A stretch of 63,988 nt of DNA, filler included, from Sanchytrium tribonematis (Eukaryota), in NCBI GenBank assembly GCA_018985235.1. It is 8 parts of 8 records of this genome, joined end to end, with 100 filler letters (N's around TTAATTAATTAA, not from the genome) between each part and the next. Parts side by side here need not be neighbours in the genome. Positions count along the whole stretch, not along the records: positions 1 to 27,201 come from JADGIG010000059.1; 7 more parts are not named here. One strand, 5' to 3'. Made by a program: the position numbers and the translations under genes. The notes beneath the pieces were generated by a model that was not told where the DNA came from, ran no database searches, and saw only the letters and a program-made list of their open reading frames with translations. Below, in pieces: positions 1-11,766 of this stretch. The number at the start of each line of letters is the position of its first letter. The first letter of the stretch is position 1.

Positions 1-55
1 GCTTGTTTGTACATTTCTGCATAGTTGGTTTGAAATTCATACGGAGATTTCACAA

Positions 56-1621
56 ATGTCATATTCTGTGTCACACTTGGGACTTGATGAAGGATGGATT
101 GTTCAGAAATATGGAGGTACTTCCGTGGGATCTTCAGACAGAATACAGACAATAGCAGGGATAGTTAAAAAGCAATTGGAAAGTAGTCAAGTCGCAATTG
201 TTTGTTCAGCCATGTCGCCAGTTGACAAGAAGAAAGGAACGACATCACTTTTACTCAAAGCATTGAATTTATTGGTTGAGCAAGGTGACTATAAGTCTTG
301 CATCGAAGAGATAAGGAATTATCACATTGCTGAGGCCAAGAAAGGTTTGAAAGAAGATTTATTACAAGAAGGCCTAGAATTTATCAACCAAAATTGCAAC
401 AAGCTTGGTGAATTTCTAGATGCACTAGATATTATATCCGAAGTATCAAGTCTTTCTAAAGATGTTGTAATAAGTTATGGAGAAAGACTTTCTTGCAAAA
501 TAGTCTCTCTTGTTTTGCAAAGTAATGGCATTCAGTCACTTTATGTTGGGCTAGAAAACCTAATTCAGAGACCTTCAAAACACGTGAAAGGCTCCACGAT
601 TAATCAACAATTTTATGATAACGTAATGAAACAAATGGCTAAGGTAGTCTTGACAAAATGCAATGAAAGAGGATTTCCTGGTGTCAAAATTGTGCCTGTG
701 GTAACCGGATATTTCGGATTTGTACCTGGATCGCTTTTAAATGCAATTGGGCGTGGTTATAGTGATCTTTGCGCTGCCCTTTTATCTGCTGGGTTGCTAG
801 CTGAAGAGCTTCAAATCTGGAAAGAAGTCGATGGCATTTTCACTGCAGATCCTAGAAAAGTAAAATCTGCTATTCTTGTTCCTGAAATCAGTCCTGACGA
901 GGCAGCAGAATTAACCTACTATGGCTCCGAAGTTATTCACCCTTTCACAATGGACCAAGCTATTCGAAATGCTATACCCATTAGAATTAAAAACACGTTT
1001 AATCCTAATGGAATTGGAACTGTGATTGTACCTGAAGGATCGCCCAAGTCACCTGTTAACCATTCAAGAAAAGGTCCAACCGCTGTCACCATCAAGGATA
1101 ATATTATCATGGTTAATATACAATCAAATCAAAAGAGTAGCGCTCACGGATTTCTTAGTCGTATATTTCACGTATTAGATTCGCATCAAATTACTGTTGA
1201 CTTGATTTCGACTTCTCAAGTTCACGTTACTTTGGCCATTCCAGAAGATTCGCAAATGAACCTTCAAAGCCTCATTGACGAGCTAGAAGTGCTTGGACGG
1301 GTTTCTGTCAGCCATAAACAATGTATATTATCAATTGTCGGAAAACAAATGAGAAGATCTCTTGGAGTTGCCGGGCTAATGTTCACAAGATTGGCTGAGG
1401 CTGGTGCGAATATTGAAATGATATCTCAAGGAGCTTCAGAAATAAACATTTCATGCGTAGTACACGAGGCGGACTCACTCAAGGCACTTGAAGCTGCCCA
1501 TGATTTAATAAATCAAAATTTGAATTATTTTTCGAAACATGTCAGATTTGCCAAACGAGGCTCGTGTCCATCCATTAGTACTTCTTTCAGTCGTAGATCA
1601 TTTCAAAAGAGTCAACACTAA
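56..1621 (+). CDS. HOM3: Aspartokinase (fungal Hom3 type); true 3' end uncertain, ORF overlaps Rpn8 by 83 nt
   Basis: VQKYGGTSVG, IGRGYSDL, WKEVDGIFTADP, EAAELTYYGSEVIHP motifs; two C-terminal ACT domains (VDLISTS, IEMISQGASEINISCV). Confidence 0.95.
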   Translation: MSYSVSHLGLDEGWIVQKYGGTSVGSSDRIQTIAGIVKKQLESSQVAIVCSAMSPVDKKKGTTSLLLKALNLLVEQGDYKSCIEEIRNYHIAEAKKGLKEDLLQEGLEFINQNCNKLGEFLDALDIISEVSSLSKDVVISYGERLSCKIVSLVLQSNGIQSLYVGLENLIQRPSKHVKGSTINQQFYDNVMKQMAKVVLTKCNERGFPGVKIVPVVTGYFGFVPGSLLNAIGRGYSDLCAALLSAGLLAEELQIWKEVDGIFTADPRKVKSAILVPEISPDEAAELTYYGSEVIHPFTMDQAIRNAIPIRIKNTFNPNGIGTVIVPEGSPKSPVNHSRKGPTAVTIKDNIIMVNIQSNQKSSAHGFLSRIFHVLDSHQITVDLISTSQVHVTLAIPEDSQMNLQSLIDELEVLGRVSVSHKQCILSIVGKQMRRSLGVAGLMFTRLAEAGANIEMISQGASEINISCVVHEADSLKALEAAHDLINQNLNYFSKHVRFAKRGSCPSISTSFSRRSFQKSQH

Positions 1622-2297
1622 AAAGAGAGTAGTGGGTATCTTACTCGGTCAAAAATACAGCGATCATATTAATGTCAGCAATTCATTTGCGGTGCCTTTT
1701 GACGAGGACAAACATTTTTATTTGGACCACGACTATGTGTTAAATATGTTCCAAATGTTTAAGAAAATAAATGCAAAGGAATTGATCGTAGGTTGGTACC
1801 ATACTGGTCCTCAACTACATTACAATGACCTTGAAATTCACCAATGGATGCAACATATTTGTGGAAATGGCGTTTTGTGTATTATTCAACCATTCTTGGA
1901 CCACCCAATTGACTCATATACACTTTTAGACAATTCCCAGTTCCAGCATATTTCATCATCTATTGTAAGTGAGCAATCAGAAGAAATTGGTGTTGAGCAT
2001 TTACTTCGTGATATTTTCGAGTTGCAAAAAACTCCAGTACAGTTGGATGGACTTAAAAACCGTCTTGGTAGAATAATTGAATACCTCGAGCTAGTGCAGC
2101 AAGGGAAAATGCCTTTGCAGCAAAAAATTTTAGATTCTGTGCAAGATTTGCTACAAATGAGATACATCGTGCCAGATGATGTCAAAAAAGAAGTACATGA
2201 TCAATTGCTAGCTGTGTTTATTGGTAGTATGGACCGTAGCATAATCGCATTACATGATCTTATCGATAATAAGCTTGGAAATATGCAAGTGAAATAA
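1539..2297 (+). CDS. RPN8: 26S proteasome lid subunit Rpn8/PSMD7 (MPN domain)
   Basis: VHPLVLLSVVDH, RVVGILLG, NSFAVPFDED, VGWYHTGP, EEIGVEHLLRDI, SIIALHDLIDNK. Confidence 0.95.
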   Translation: MSDLPNEARVHPLVLLSVVDHFKRVNTKKRVVGILLGQKYSDHINVSNSFAVPFDEDKHFYLDHDYVLNMFQMFKKINAKELIVGWYHTGPQLHYNDLEIHQWMQHICGNGVLCIIQPFLDHPIDSYTLLDNSQFQHISSSIVSEQSEEIGVEHLLRDIFELQKTPVQLDGLKNRLGRIIEYLELVQQGKMPLQQKILDSVQDLLQMRYIVPDDVKKEVHDQLLAVFIGSMDRSIIALHDLIDNKLGNMQVK

Positions 2298-2320
2298 AAT
2301 TCCCAACTTAAAACTTTTAT

Positions 2321-3628
2321 TTAAAAGTGTTTGAACGACTCTCCAGCATAGATAGCATCTTTACCTAATTCCTCTTCAATTCTCAAAAGCTGGTTATATT
2401 TAGCGGTTCTTTCAGAACGGGCAGGTGCTCCTGTTTTAATTTGACCGGTTCCAAGTCCTACTACCAAATCAGCGATAAATGTATCTTCGCTCTCTCCACT
2501 TCTATGGCTAACCATAACACCCCAGTTGTATTTTTTTGCCAACAAGCAAGCGTCGATAGACTCTGTTACTGAGCCAATTTGATTGACCTTTAAAAGCAAA
2601 CATCCTGCGGCGTTTTTTTCAGCAGCAGTAGTAATTCTCTTAGGATTTGTGACTGTCAAATCATCAGCGACAATTTGAGCCACATCTTTGACGGAAGTGT
2701 TTAACTTTGTGAATGACACGAAGTCGTCTTGATCGAAAGGATCTTCGATGCTAATGACATTGTATTTCTTGACGAAAGACTTGTAGAGCTCCACCAATTC
2801 ATCAGGTTTTAAAAATTTGGAAGGATCTGATGATGGATTCTTAAAATCCAAGTCGTAGTTGCCATCCTTGAACATTTCAGAGGCTGCAACGTCCATTCCT
2901 AACCTTACTTTGCCAGTGTAACCTTTAGATTCGATTGCCTTTTCAAGAAGCTCAAAGCATTGCTCAGCTGACTCCACATTTGGAGCAAAACCTCCCTCGT
3001 CTCCTACCGCAGTAGCAGGTAAACCGTATTGCTTCTTAATGAGTCCCTTTAATGAATGGTAAATTTCGGTACCAATCTTCATTGCTTCTGTAAAAGAAGT
3101 TGCTCCAACAGGTAAAATCATGAATTCTTGCATCGCTAACTTATTTCCAGCATGGGAACCTCCATTAATAACATTTAGTGCCGGGACCGGAAGCTTAAAA
3201 GTTTTAGGAATTGTTCCGTATGCTAATTCAGCTAAATATTTATATAGCGGAAGTCCTTTAGCTGCAGCACCGGCTCTAGCTACTGCCATGGAAACAGCTA
3301 AAATAGCATTTGCGCCTAATTTTGTCTTGTTTTCAGTTCCATCTAATTTGATCATCAATTGATCTATTTCCTTTTGCTTTGTAACGTCTTTTCCAGTCAA
3401 CTCTTTAGCAATAATTGTTTTGACATTTTCGACGGCTTTGAGAACACCTTTACCAACATAGGCATCACCTCCATCTCTAAGTTCACAAGCCTCGTAAATA
3501 CCAGTCGATGCACCACTTGGGACTATAGAACGGAATACACCTTTTTCAGTCTTGACTTCGGCTTCCACAGTTGGATTTCCACGGGAATCGAAGACTTGTC
3601 TCGCATGAATTGATAGTATTGTAGACAT
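2321..3628 (-). CDS. ENO: Enolase (start taken at ATG 3628, MSTILSI)
   Basis: [56 protein letters not shown]. Confidence 0.98.
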   Translation of the reverse strand: MSTILSIHARQVFDSRGNPTVEAEVKTEKGVFRSIVPSGASTGIYEACELRDGGDAYVGKGVLKAVENVKTIIAKELTGKDVTKQKEIDQLMIKLDGTENKTKLGANAILAVSMAVARAGAAAKGLPLYKYLAELAYGTIPKTFKLPVPALNVINGGSHAGNKLAMQEFMILPVGATSFTEAMKIGTEIYHSLKGLIKKQYGLPATAVGDEGGFAPNVESAEQCFELLEKAIESKGYTGKVRLGMDVAASEMFKDGNYDLDFKNPSSDPSKFLKPDELVELYKSFVKKYNVISIEDPFDQDDFVSFTKLNTSVKDVAQIVADDLTVTNPKRITTAAEKNAAGCLLLKVNQIGSVTESIDACLLAKKYNWGVMVSHRSGESEDTFIADLVVGLGTGQIKTGAPARSERTAKYNQLLRIEEELGKDAIYAGESFKHF

Positions 3629-3795
3629 TTGTTTGACCCTCAAAATCCCCTAACAAGCTTTTACATATGGTTGAAAAATTTTGAGCAGTTAATACATGGT
3701 GGCATGATATCATTGCGTGTAAAAATCATAAAAAAATAAAAAGAAACACAATTTCAATAGATATTATCACCCTTGTTTCAATTCATTAAAAGTTT

Positions 3796-6409
3796 ATGTT
3801 CTGGCGATTTAATTTCCAAGGATCTACGCTTGATCAGCTACTTCAAAAGCCAGAAACTACGCTGGAGAATATTTTATCACAGCCTGAAATGATTCAAGAA
3901 TTAAAAACTCAAAATGCAAAATTAATTTCATTCGTTGCTCAGCCCGATAAAGTCCAAATCATGTTAAATTACATCAGCAAAGCAAATGAAGAATATTCCG
4001 CCATCTGTTCAGAAGTATTTGCTTTGGAATTACCACAATTTGCAACGATTATGTTTGGAGCCCCACATTTGATCGAATCTTTCATCAAAGAAATGCTTGA
4101 TAAAGAATGGACAAACTATGAAGGTCTTTCTTTTATAAAAGTTGTTTCTTCGATATTGTATAAAGATCCTAAAACATCATTGGATATTCTAAAAAAAATT
4201 AAAATTGGTTCCAAGGAAATCACATTTTTGGAATCTGTTTGCCAAAAAATATCGTCCGGTGAAACTGTCTTATATGAATTATTACTAAAAATATCGGCCA
4301 TGGACGAAGTCTTAAAAGAAGACTTTATTGTAACCTGGTTCAAAAATGAAAAATTGATCGAATTTTTGGTGTCACAATTGCATTTTCGCAATATCTCAGA
4401 GCCTGAAGGTTTGGAAAGAATTAGTAGTGCAACTGCTTGTTTATTGGACTTCTTTGCTGTTGCTCAAGCAATATCTGTTGTCCAAGTTCCCTTGCATGAA
4501 AATCATATCATTTTGGATGTTCTTTCAAGCCCTTGGATTATTCAGTCATTAGACTTCATTAATGAGTATTACAAAAATTTGAAAAGTAATACTTTGGATA
4601 AATCATGTGCATCCCAACAGGCTGTATCTACAGCACTAACCTCTCTATTGGGACTTATAAATGATGTCGTGAGAAGGAACTACTTGGATTTTGTTTTATC
4701 TCTTCATCAACAGGCCCTCACAATACGTATGGAAGAGTTTACGGAGCAAGATGTTATGGTTACAATTTTAAAAGACCCTAAGCGATATCTCTTAGACGTT
4801 ACGGGAATCGGAGTAGAAATGTGCAAATACTTTGAACTATTTACCGAAATTCTCAAAACACCAATTTCAAAATTTCATCGAAAGAGGGTCGACCCGGACC
4901 AGGCTACGACGACCCCTGATGAAGTGGTCTCAAAAAATGGATTTTCTGTCTTCTCAGATGACTATATACAATCTTCAGTCGGAACCGTGAAGCTGTTTGG
5001 AATGGAAAGATATCGTGTGTGCGAGCTAATTGTCGAAATGCTTCGTATGGTTGTAGACGAGGATCAGATATTAATCCATGAAAAATTAAAAGATTCTATC
5101 AAACATCACAATGATGAGCATCCTGATAACAAAATTAACATTAATTTTATAACCATGCAAGAATGTATTGATATGATAGTTAATAAGTTTATTGAATCAA
5201 AAATATTTGTACAATTTATTGAATTATTTTTTGAGCATCCTTGGAACAATATTTACCATTCTTTGGTATTAGACGTCATTACATATATTTTTGATGCCAA
5301 TGTATATTCACCTCAAGTTGAGCGTTTGGTGGATCATATTATGAAAGACTCGTCTCTTATATCTATGATATGCCAAGCAGTGCAAATGAATAAGGAAAAT
5401 ACTTTGAAACCAAGAATGAATAGGTTGCCTTATATGGGTCATTTAACTTTGATATCCGAAATTTTGGTCAAACATTTTCATAGGCATTCAGAAATCAGAG
5501 TTAAATATAATGGTAATATTATTTTATTTAGACATTTTAGAAAACGATATGTGGCTTGAGTACAGTATTAAAATTTTAACAGAGACAATAAAGAAAGACC
5601 GTCAAATTTTAGGAGGAGTAAAGCCGCCATCCAATATGCTCAATCCCTCAGGGGAAGCGGCTGTCATGGCTCAAGGAACTTCGACAATTATTTCAGCTGA
5701 TTCTGGGTATATGTTGGATCCTTTTAATCATAAAACGGCAGATGATATATTGCACAAATCTAGCGGCAAACTAAGTAGTTTAGAGCAACTTAACAAAAGC
5801 GAGGAATCATTGACTCCCGAACATCATCACTCAAGTGAAAGGAGAGATACTAGAAGTGGAAGCGAGGATAAAAGAGTGGAGCCTTCAAAAAATCCTCCAC
5901 CGAGTGCTCCAAGTGACTCTTGGAAGTATTCAAATGTCGAGGATCCATTCGAAATGGCCACTCCTGGCCAATGGATTGGACAAGAAGCTGCACATGAGTT
6001 TATTAAAACATTAGGTCAGCAATTGCCGATACAATTCGTATCGCCCTCTATAGCTGCAATTGATGGATCCGGTTTAAGCTTTGCTAAGGACATAGGCAAA
6101 CAAACTGAGATTGATCCGTTTGATATTCCCGATCCGTTTAATATTCCGGTAAAAGAAGAGCATCTTGTTCCAACAGAGAAAACAGTCGAAATTAGTCTCA
6201 ACGTTGATTCGTTGAAAATAAGCGCACCAGAAGAAGTTTTGAAAGTTAAAACTGAGCCAAATACTGATAAGCCTATCGATGTAATTAAAGAAGCACACAA
6301 TGAGAAAGAAGTGAGCAATCTAGTCCAGACGGAGGAATCATCTGAAGTTAAGTCTGAAGTTGCTCCAAATTCCGTAGAATCTTCGAATATACCTGCAGAA
6401 ACCAAATAA
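3796..6409 (+). CDS. SAPS-domain Sit4/PP6 regulatory subunit; exons 3796-5512 and 5532-6409 (864 aa)
   Basis: MFWRF N-terminus, FFEHPWNNIYH and RLPYMGHLTLIS motifs; removing the 19-nt intron joins the two track ORFs in frame (KYN-D-ILEND). Confidence 0.88.
5513..5531 (+). other. 19-nt spliceosomal intron GTAATATTATTTTATTTAG
   Basis: GT-AG; removal restores frame between ORFs 3796 and 5510. Confidence 0.88.
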
Positions 6410-6464
6410 ATCTTTTAATATACATGCAACTCCTCAAAATATTGAGTTCTCTCCCTGTTTCGCA

Positions 6465-8751
6465 ATGCTCGTTTTACCTTCAACCTTCCCAATATCCAGT
6501 CAAAATCAGCCATCATTTTCAACAAATACAATTTTTGATGATAAAGGCATTCAGGTGGGCGACTTAAACGCTACCAATAGTCTTGAATGGAATAATTATT
6601 TAGTGATGGTAGGCGAAATTGCAACATATGTTTTTGAGAAGGACGGAGACAACCTTTCTCTTTTGGAAAGTATTCCAATTAAGAGGGAAGAAAATCTTCA
6701 CAGATTTGCATATTATAATACCACAGATTTCTTAGCCATTATTTCCCATCACAAACTTATATTTTTTAAAACTTTGGAATCTCAATTTATAAAAAAAGAA
6801 TTCGACGAGCAACAAGTACCAATCCCAGTATCCTTTATATCCAAAATCGGATTTGAGTATGTTGTGGTGGATTTAGCTCAAACATTTGTTTCCATGGATA
6901 TAACCACAAAACCTTTATCTTATGCTATATTTTTTGAGTCACAAAATTTGAATATAGCAAGACTACATCCAGAAAAGCTTTATTTCGATGCTGTGGCCAT
7001 TTCAAAAAACAACCCCTCAAATGCGTTAGACAATGAAGCATCCGTTTCTTTAACCAATTTTTCAAGCATGGAATCATCAGAACTAGTCAAGGCCTTATCT
7101 TTGCAAAGTATTGCTGACATTGCTCAGTTTTATTTTGAGTTGATAAGTTCAGGAGAGGGAGATGCGAATGACGAGTGGGGCTTCATGAAAGATTTTACTG
7201 AAACGGAGGAAAAGCAAATTTCGATGGTTTTTTTACAAAAGCACAACAGTGGCTTCGCAATCAATCTCGCAAATTTGTTTGCAGGGCAATTACAGGATAA
7301 AAAAGAATTTGTTATAGCAGAAGATAGTGGCAAGCCAGTTATGTTTCGACATTTTGACTATTTTACAAAGTCTAATTTCTATGCCCTGGGTCTCAACGAG
7401 ACTTTAGTTGTTTGTAATGACAAATCTATTTTTGAAATTAAGCCAGATTCACCCCTTTCTTTTAAAGATGTGGAATATGCCTATTTATCACCAAATTTGA
7501 CATTTCTCATTTTGATGTCAAAAAGTGGAGTGTCTTCTGTTGAATTTAGAAGTTTATTCAAATCAGAATCTGACATATCATCTCGCTTAAAATTAGCTAT
7601 CGAGACTGGATACTGGCTTGATATGATAAGATTTATTTATTATCCTATAAACAATTACAAGCAACATGCTCTTATTCCAAATAGAATTTTTGACACATTT
7701 AAAGCAATATCAAGTTATTATAGTTTTAAGACTTTAGTTTCAACTACCCTTTCTCCGATACAACGAGAATGCCTCAGCCTTTTATTAGTGACAACTCGTG
7801 ATTTTCCTCCTTTAAAGCTTTCATTTATGAATGTTAGTTTCATAATGCATGCCATAGGGATGATGGAATTTTTCTATGGGTGTGTTGGAGATTTGCCATT
7901 ATTAATTCCGACACTCACCGAGCTATTGTACATGGCTGATGATGGAGCTATAGTTTCTTTTGATGAAGATGCAATTGACTTTTTAGCACCGCAGATTCCT
8001 TTTTTCCTTGATTTTTTGTTATACGTAATCAGAGATTTAAATTTGTTTATTGTTGACAAGCAAAAGTTTGAATCGACAGCAAATCATGTACTATTTTTTG
8101 TTCACCCTGCTCTTGTTAAGCTTATTTTACAAATCTTAGTCTGTATTCGTTCAGTTCAACTTTTTTTCAAGACAAGACCTGAAAGCAAATATAAATTTTT
8201 AGACATACTGATACATAGAACGAAATTAAATTTGAAAGAGATATTTGATATATTCAAAGAACAAAAAGAGAAGCTAGAAAATGGTAATTTTAATTAATTT
8301 AGTGACCATCACTCGTGATCAGGAATTACAGCTTCTAATTCACAGTACTTGTCCTTCTCAATTATTGCCTCACATACCTACTGATAAGATCAAGTCCCTT
8401 ACCTTAAATCAAAGCAAATTGTTTTTATATAACGATGCCCATTGGCTACCAATACAGCCAATATGTTTAGAAGATCGAGTCTTATTTTTCGGAAGCACTT
8501 GCGAAAAAACAATGGAAAGTTTTGAATGGAATCAGGAAAAGAAAACTTCATTTCTCGAGTATTGTAAGTCTCAAATAGATGTAATTCGAAAATGTAAGCT
8601 CTACAAAGATGAACACTTTTACCAATGTTTGTATTGTGGTCGGTTTACCGCAAAGACACCAGACTGCGTCATACTCAAGGCATTTTCTCATGATTGCTTT
8701 TGTGGTGGGAAATGGGTAAATGTCAATGCTCAACTAAGTCGCTATCAATAA
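6465..8751 (+). CDS. MED16: Mediator subunit Med16/Sin4-like; exons 6465-8283 and 8303-8751 (755 aa)
   Basis: C-terminal DVIRK...QCxxCG...CxCGGKW zinc-ribbon pattern typical of Med16; in-frame join after the 19-nt intron. Confidence 0.7.
8284..8302 (+). other. 19-nt spliceosomal intron GTAATTTTAATTAATTTAG
   Basis: GT-AG; removal gives KLEN-V-TITR, in frame with ORF 8281. Confidence 0.88.
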
Positions 8752-8768
8752 AAAAATTTTAAAACTCC

Positions 8769-10025
8769 ATGTCGTTAGAATGTGTATTTTATTCAGAATT
8801 TGAACCACAAGTAGGGCCGAAATTGCTTCATTTGATTCCCTCTGACTATGACCATCTTGAAGACTTCTCGTCTTTTTACATACCCAAATCTTATTTTTGC
8901 AACCGGATGCTGTGCGTAGAAATGAATCGGTTGGTTCTAGTTAGCCATCCTGTTTATATAGAGGACCCAAAATACGAAAGAAATCTTTTTGCATTTAATA
9001 TAGGTGTAATATTAAATGCTGAAAACAAGGTCAACGAAGAAGATGACGTCATAGAATACGAGAAGGAAGATACCACTGAACCCGTTAAATTCTCAAATAT
9101 TAGAGTGAGATGCCAACATATCATTAGAAAATTAGCTATGAAATTCAAAGAGTTTGAGATTACTAACCAATTTATTACCAAAGACAAAAGTAGGTTACAA
9201 ATTAAGTATCTACTGAATATTTTGAAATCTAAAATAATGGTAGGTGACCAATTTAATATCCTTTTTGATGATTTAAATTATTTAAGCATTGATATGGTAC
9301 ATCGAAATGAACAGGCTATATTATTTGAAGAATTATACGACCACCTAGTTCCAATTCCGCTTTTTGACTTGGATGAAATGGAATTTACGTGTCCAACAAT
9401 TAAGCGGGTAGCTTGTCATCTAAATGGGTTTGACAGCATTAGACAAATTAGTTCCAATGCAGAAGCTAGTCCAGAATTTATCAAGCTAGTTTTGCAGCAG
9501 TTGTACTATGCCAAAATGATTGATCTGACTGACATCTTTCAGTTTAAGAATTGCTACTCATTGACACCAATCTTTAAATTGTTTTGTGATGACTCTTTTA
9601 AAAAGTCAAAAGCACTTCAATATGTCTCGAAAATCAACATATCCAGCTTAGACATCGCTATTTACTATGCTCAAGTGCGCTCAGGAGAAACTGTGTCAAG
9701 CTTTGTAAAAAGAGTGGTATTTCCGATGGACCTTTTGGATGTAAGACGGTTTTTTATACATGGTATTGCTTCGAAAATTCTTCGGCGTGTGAGGGAATAT
9801 CCGATTTTACGTAGAGATGGGAAATTACGCCATTACCATTCCTCTTCTCTTTTAAGTCAAGTAGATGATGGTGGGAAAATGAATGACCTGTTGCAATTAG
9901 TTCGAAATAACAAGGATTTGGACGAATTATGCATTTTATTGGAATTAACACCATCAGAATTACAGAAGATATTTCAGCAACAATTTAGTGAAGATGATCA
10001 ATTTTTAGTGTCTATTTGTAAATGA
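8769..10025 (+). CDS. NPR2: GATOR1/SEACIT subunit Npr2/NPRL2
   Basis: VFYSEFEPQVGPK, YIPK, HPVYIEDPKYERNLFAFN, DIFQFKNCY, DVRRFFIHG...ILRRVREYP. Confidence 0.9.
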   Translation: MSLECVFYSEFEPQVGPKLLHLIPSDYDHLEDFSSFYIPKSYFCNRMLCVEMNRLVLVSHPVYIEDPKYERNLFAFNIGVILNAENKVNEEDDVIEYEKEDTTEPVKFSNIRVRCQHIIRKLAMKFKEFEITNQFITKDKSRLQIKYLLNILKSKIMVGDQFNILFDDLNYLSIDMVHRNEQAILFEELYDHLVPIPLFDLDEMEFTCPTIKRVACHLNGFDSIRQISSNAEASPEFIKLVLQQLYYAKMIDLTDIFQFKNCYSLTPIFKLFCDDSFKKSKALQYVSKINISSLDIAIYYAQVRSGETVSSFVKRVVFPMDLLDVRRFFIHGIASKILRRVREYPILRRDGKLRHYHSSSLLSQVDDGGKMNDLLQLVRNNKDLDELCILLELTPSELQKIFQQQFSEDDQFLVSICK

Positions 10026-10903
10026 TCGAAAGACGTTTTGAATAGAGTTTGAGTTTCATGAAATTCTTGCATGTTTTTTATAGCAAAATAATAGTATCGT
10101 GGTAGAGAATAAGAAATAAATTTCGGTATGATAGATGCACCTTGAAATTGAATATTTTCATCGCGATTAATAAATATCGTAGAGCCTGGAAAATCATAGT
10201 TCATGAATGACGAAGAGCTAGCTTTTGAATTTGGAGCCAGAGGAAACTTTGCAAAAATGTCGTATTCGCTAACGTATCTGTGAATTAGGATGTCCTTTGA
10301 TACAGCATCTTCAGTAAAATGTTCTGCAAATTTAAAGTCACCCATTGCGTATGCACCAAATACAAATACTAAGCTTGAAGTATCATGAAACCAAGCATAC
10401 ATGGCAGCAATAGTACCTCCGGCTCCATATCCTGTAAATACTACATTGTTTTTTACAGAATCTAATTTGACTTTTATGATATGAAATAATTTCATATAGT
10501 GCAGCATTCCACGTCTGACATGACCTTGAGACATTGAAATCTTTCTAAGGTCTAGAAGATAAAATGGGTTATTGGTGAAAAAGCAAATATATGTTTTTTC
10601 GTTGTGATGATAAATGTAAATTTCTAGATCCTCGACAGTGATGATTTTAAATTTATCTGATGCTGCTCTATGACAATTGATGAACCAAGCGCAAAATAGC
10701 AAGTCATCTTTTGTATCTTCTACAATATCCAACATTTTTTTTGGTTTTGCCATGTATAAAATCAAACTAAATATCCATTTTAGACCTGTCAAATGGACAA
10801 AATAATCAGTAAAGTGGATAGATAGCATCACAACTATTGAGATATATTCCAAAATTGTGTCTTGCCAATTTTCTTGGACTGGTAAATGAAAGTGTTTTGA
10901 CAT
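9998..10903 (-). CDS. Class-3 lipase-like alpha/beta hydrolase, probably inactive
   Basis: GHVRRG, VVFTGYGAGG (GHSLGG equivalent without Ser), VFG..MGD..FA, RYV...DI...P; N-terminal hydrophobic segment. Confidence 0.7.
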   Translation of the reverse strand: MSKHFHLPVQENWQDTILEYISIVVMLSIHFTDYFVHLTGLKWIFSLILYMAKPKKMLDIVEDTKDDLLFCAWFINCHRAASDKFKIITVEDLEIYIYHHNEKTYICFFTNNPFYLLDLRKISMSQGHVRRGMLHYMKLFHIIKVKLDSVKNNVVFTGYGAGGTIAAMYAWFHDTSSLVFVFGAYAMGDFKFAEHFTEDAVSKDILIHRYVSEYDIFAKFPLAPNSKASSSSFMNYDFPGSTIFINRDENIQFQGASIIPKFISYSLPRYYYFAIKNMQEFHETQTLFKTSFDHLQIDTKN

Positions 10904-10924
10904 GTTTTGAAAAATTCCAAAATT

Positions 10925-11200
10925 TCATATTTTATTCAAGTCTTGAATCATTTGAAGCAAATTGAACCCAAAAATCCCAGACTCTTGATAGTCCTCTTTG
11001 TTTTTTGAACTTATACCATCTCTTATAGCAATCGTCATTTTCACCATAAATATTATTAATAATAGAAACAAATATAATATTTCAAAATTTAAAAAAATTT
11101 CAGAATTCCAGCTTAAACAATTTACCAACAGTTCCGCTGAAGATGTGTCACTCACCTTAAAAATTAGAGGAAAGGCAAAGCAAAATTTCCACACCAACAT
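10925..11200 (-). CDS. Small hypothetical membrane protein
   Basis: ATG-started ORF with one hydrophobic segment, filling an unusually long gap; no recognised motif. Confidence 0.3.
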   Translation of the reverse strand: MLVWKFCFAFPLIFKVSDTSSAELLVNCLSWNSEIFLNFEILYLFLLLIIFMVKMTIAIRDGISSKNKEDYQESGIFGFNLLQMIQDLNKI

Positions 11201-11216
11201 GATTTTCAGTATCAAA

Positions 11217-11747
11217 TTATCGATGGCCTGAGGGTGTAAATCTTTGAATGATTACAGAATTAATTTCATTATCATCATTAAAGCAAAGCACCAATTTTTT
11301 TCTAGACTGGTGTAAACTTCTTTGAGCTCGATATAAGTCAGAATAAGTATAATTAGGATTAACTAAGACACCGTAGCTGCTATGGCAAACATCTCTGGGG
11401 CAAGTGTAAAGAACATAATCAACAGCGAAGTTAATACCGCTGTATACCAGAAACTTCTTGTCCCTGTAATGCTTATATACCCAATACTTTTTGCTAAAGT
11501 TAAAATAAATATTAGTCATATAATTCATATAAGAGACGCCAGATATATAAAATCCATCTTGTAAAATCCTGTACCCATTATAAAGACCCTCCTCTGGGAT
11601 TATTCTATACTTTCCATCGTAACTTGTCAAGCTATATTGGTGGATATGATAAACTGGTTTATAAAATTTGAAGATGACACTGTAATAATGATAAAGATAC
11701 TTCTGGAAAGTTGGGATCCATTGAAAGCTAATCAGTCGAAAAATCAT
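11217..11747 (-). CDS. tRNA-splicing endonuclease catalytic subunit (Sen2-like), very short
   Basis: YWVYKHYRDKKFLVYSGINFAVDYVLY..P...HSSY.V and RKKLVL; catalytic Tyr/His/Lys pattern; ends IQRFTPSGHR. Confidence 0.8.
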   Translation of the reverse strand: MIFRLISFQWIPTFQKYLYHYYSVIFKFYKPVYHIHQYSLTSYDGKYRIIPEEGLYNGYRILQDGFYISGVSYMNYMTNIYFNFSKKYWVYKHYRDKKFLVYSGINFAVDYVLYTCPRDVCHSSYGVLVNPNYTYSDLYRAQRSLHQSRKKLVLCFNDDNEINSVIIQRFTPSGHR

Positions 11748-11766
11748 TGTGAACTCCTTGATTGCA

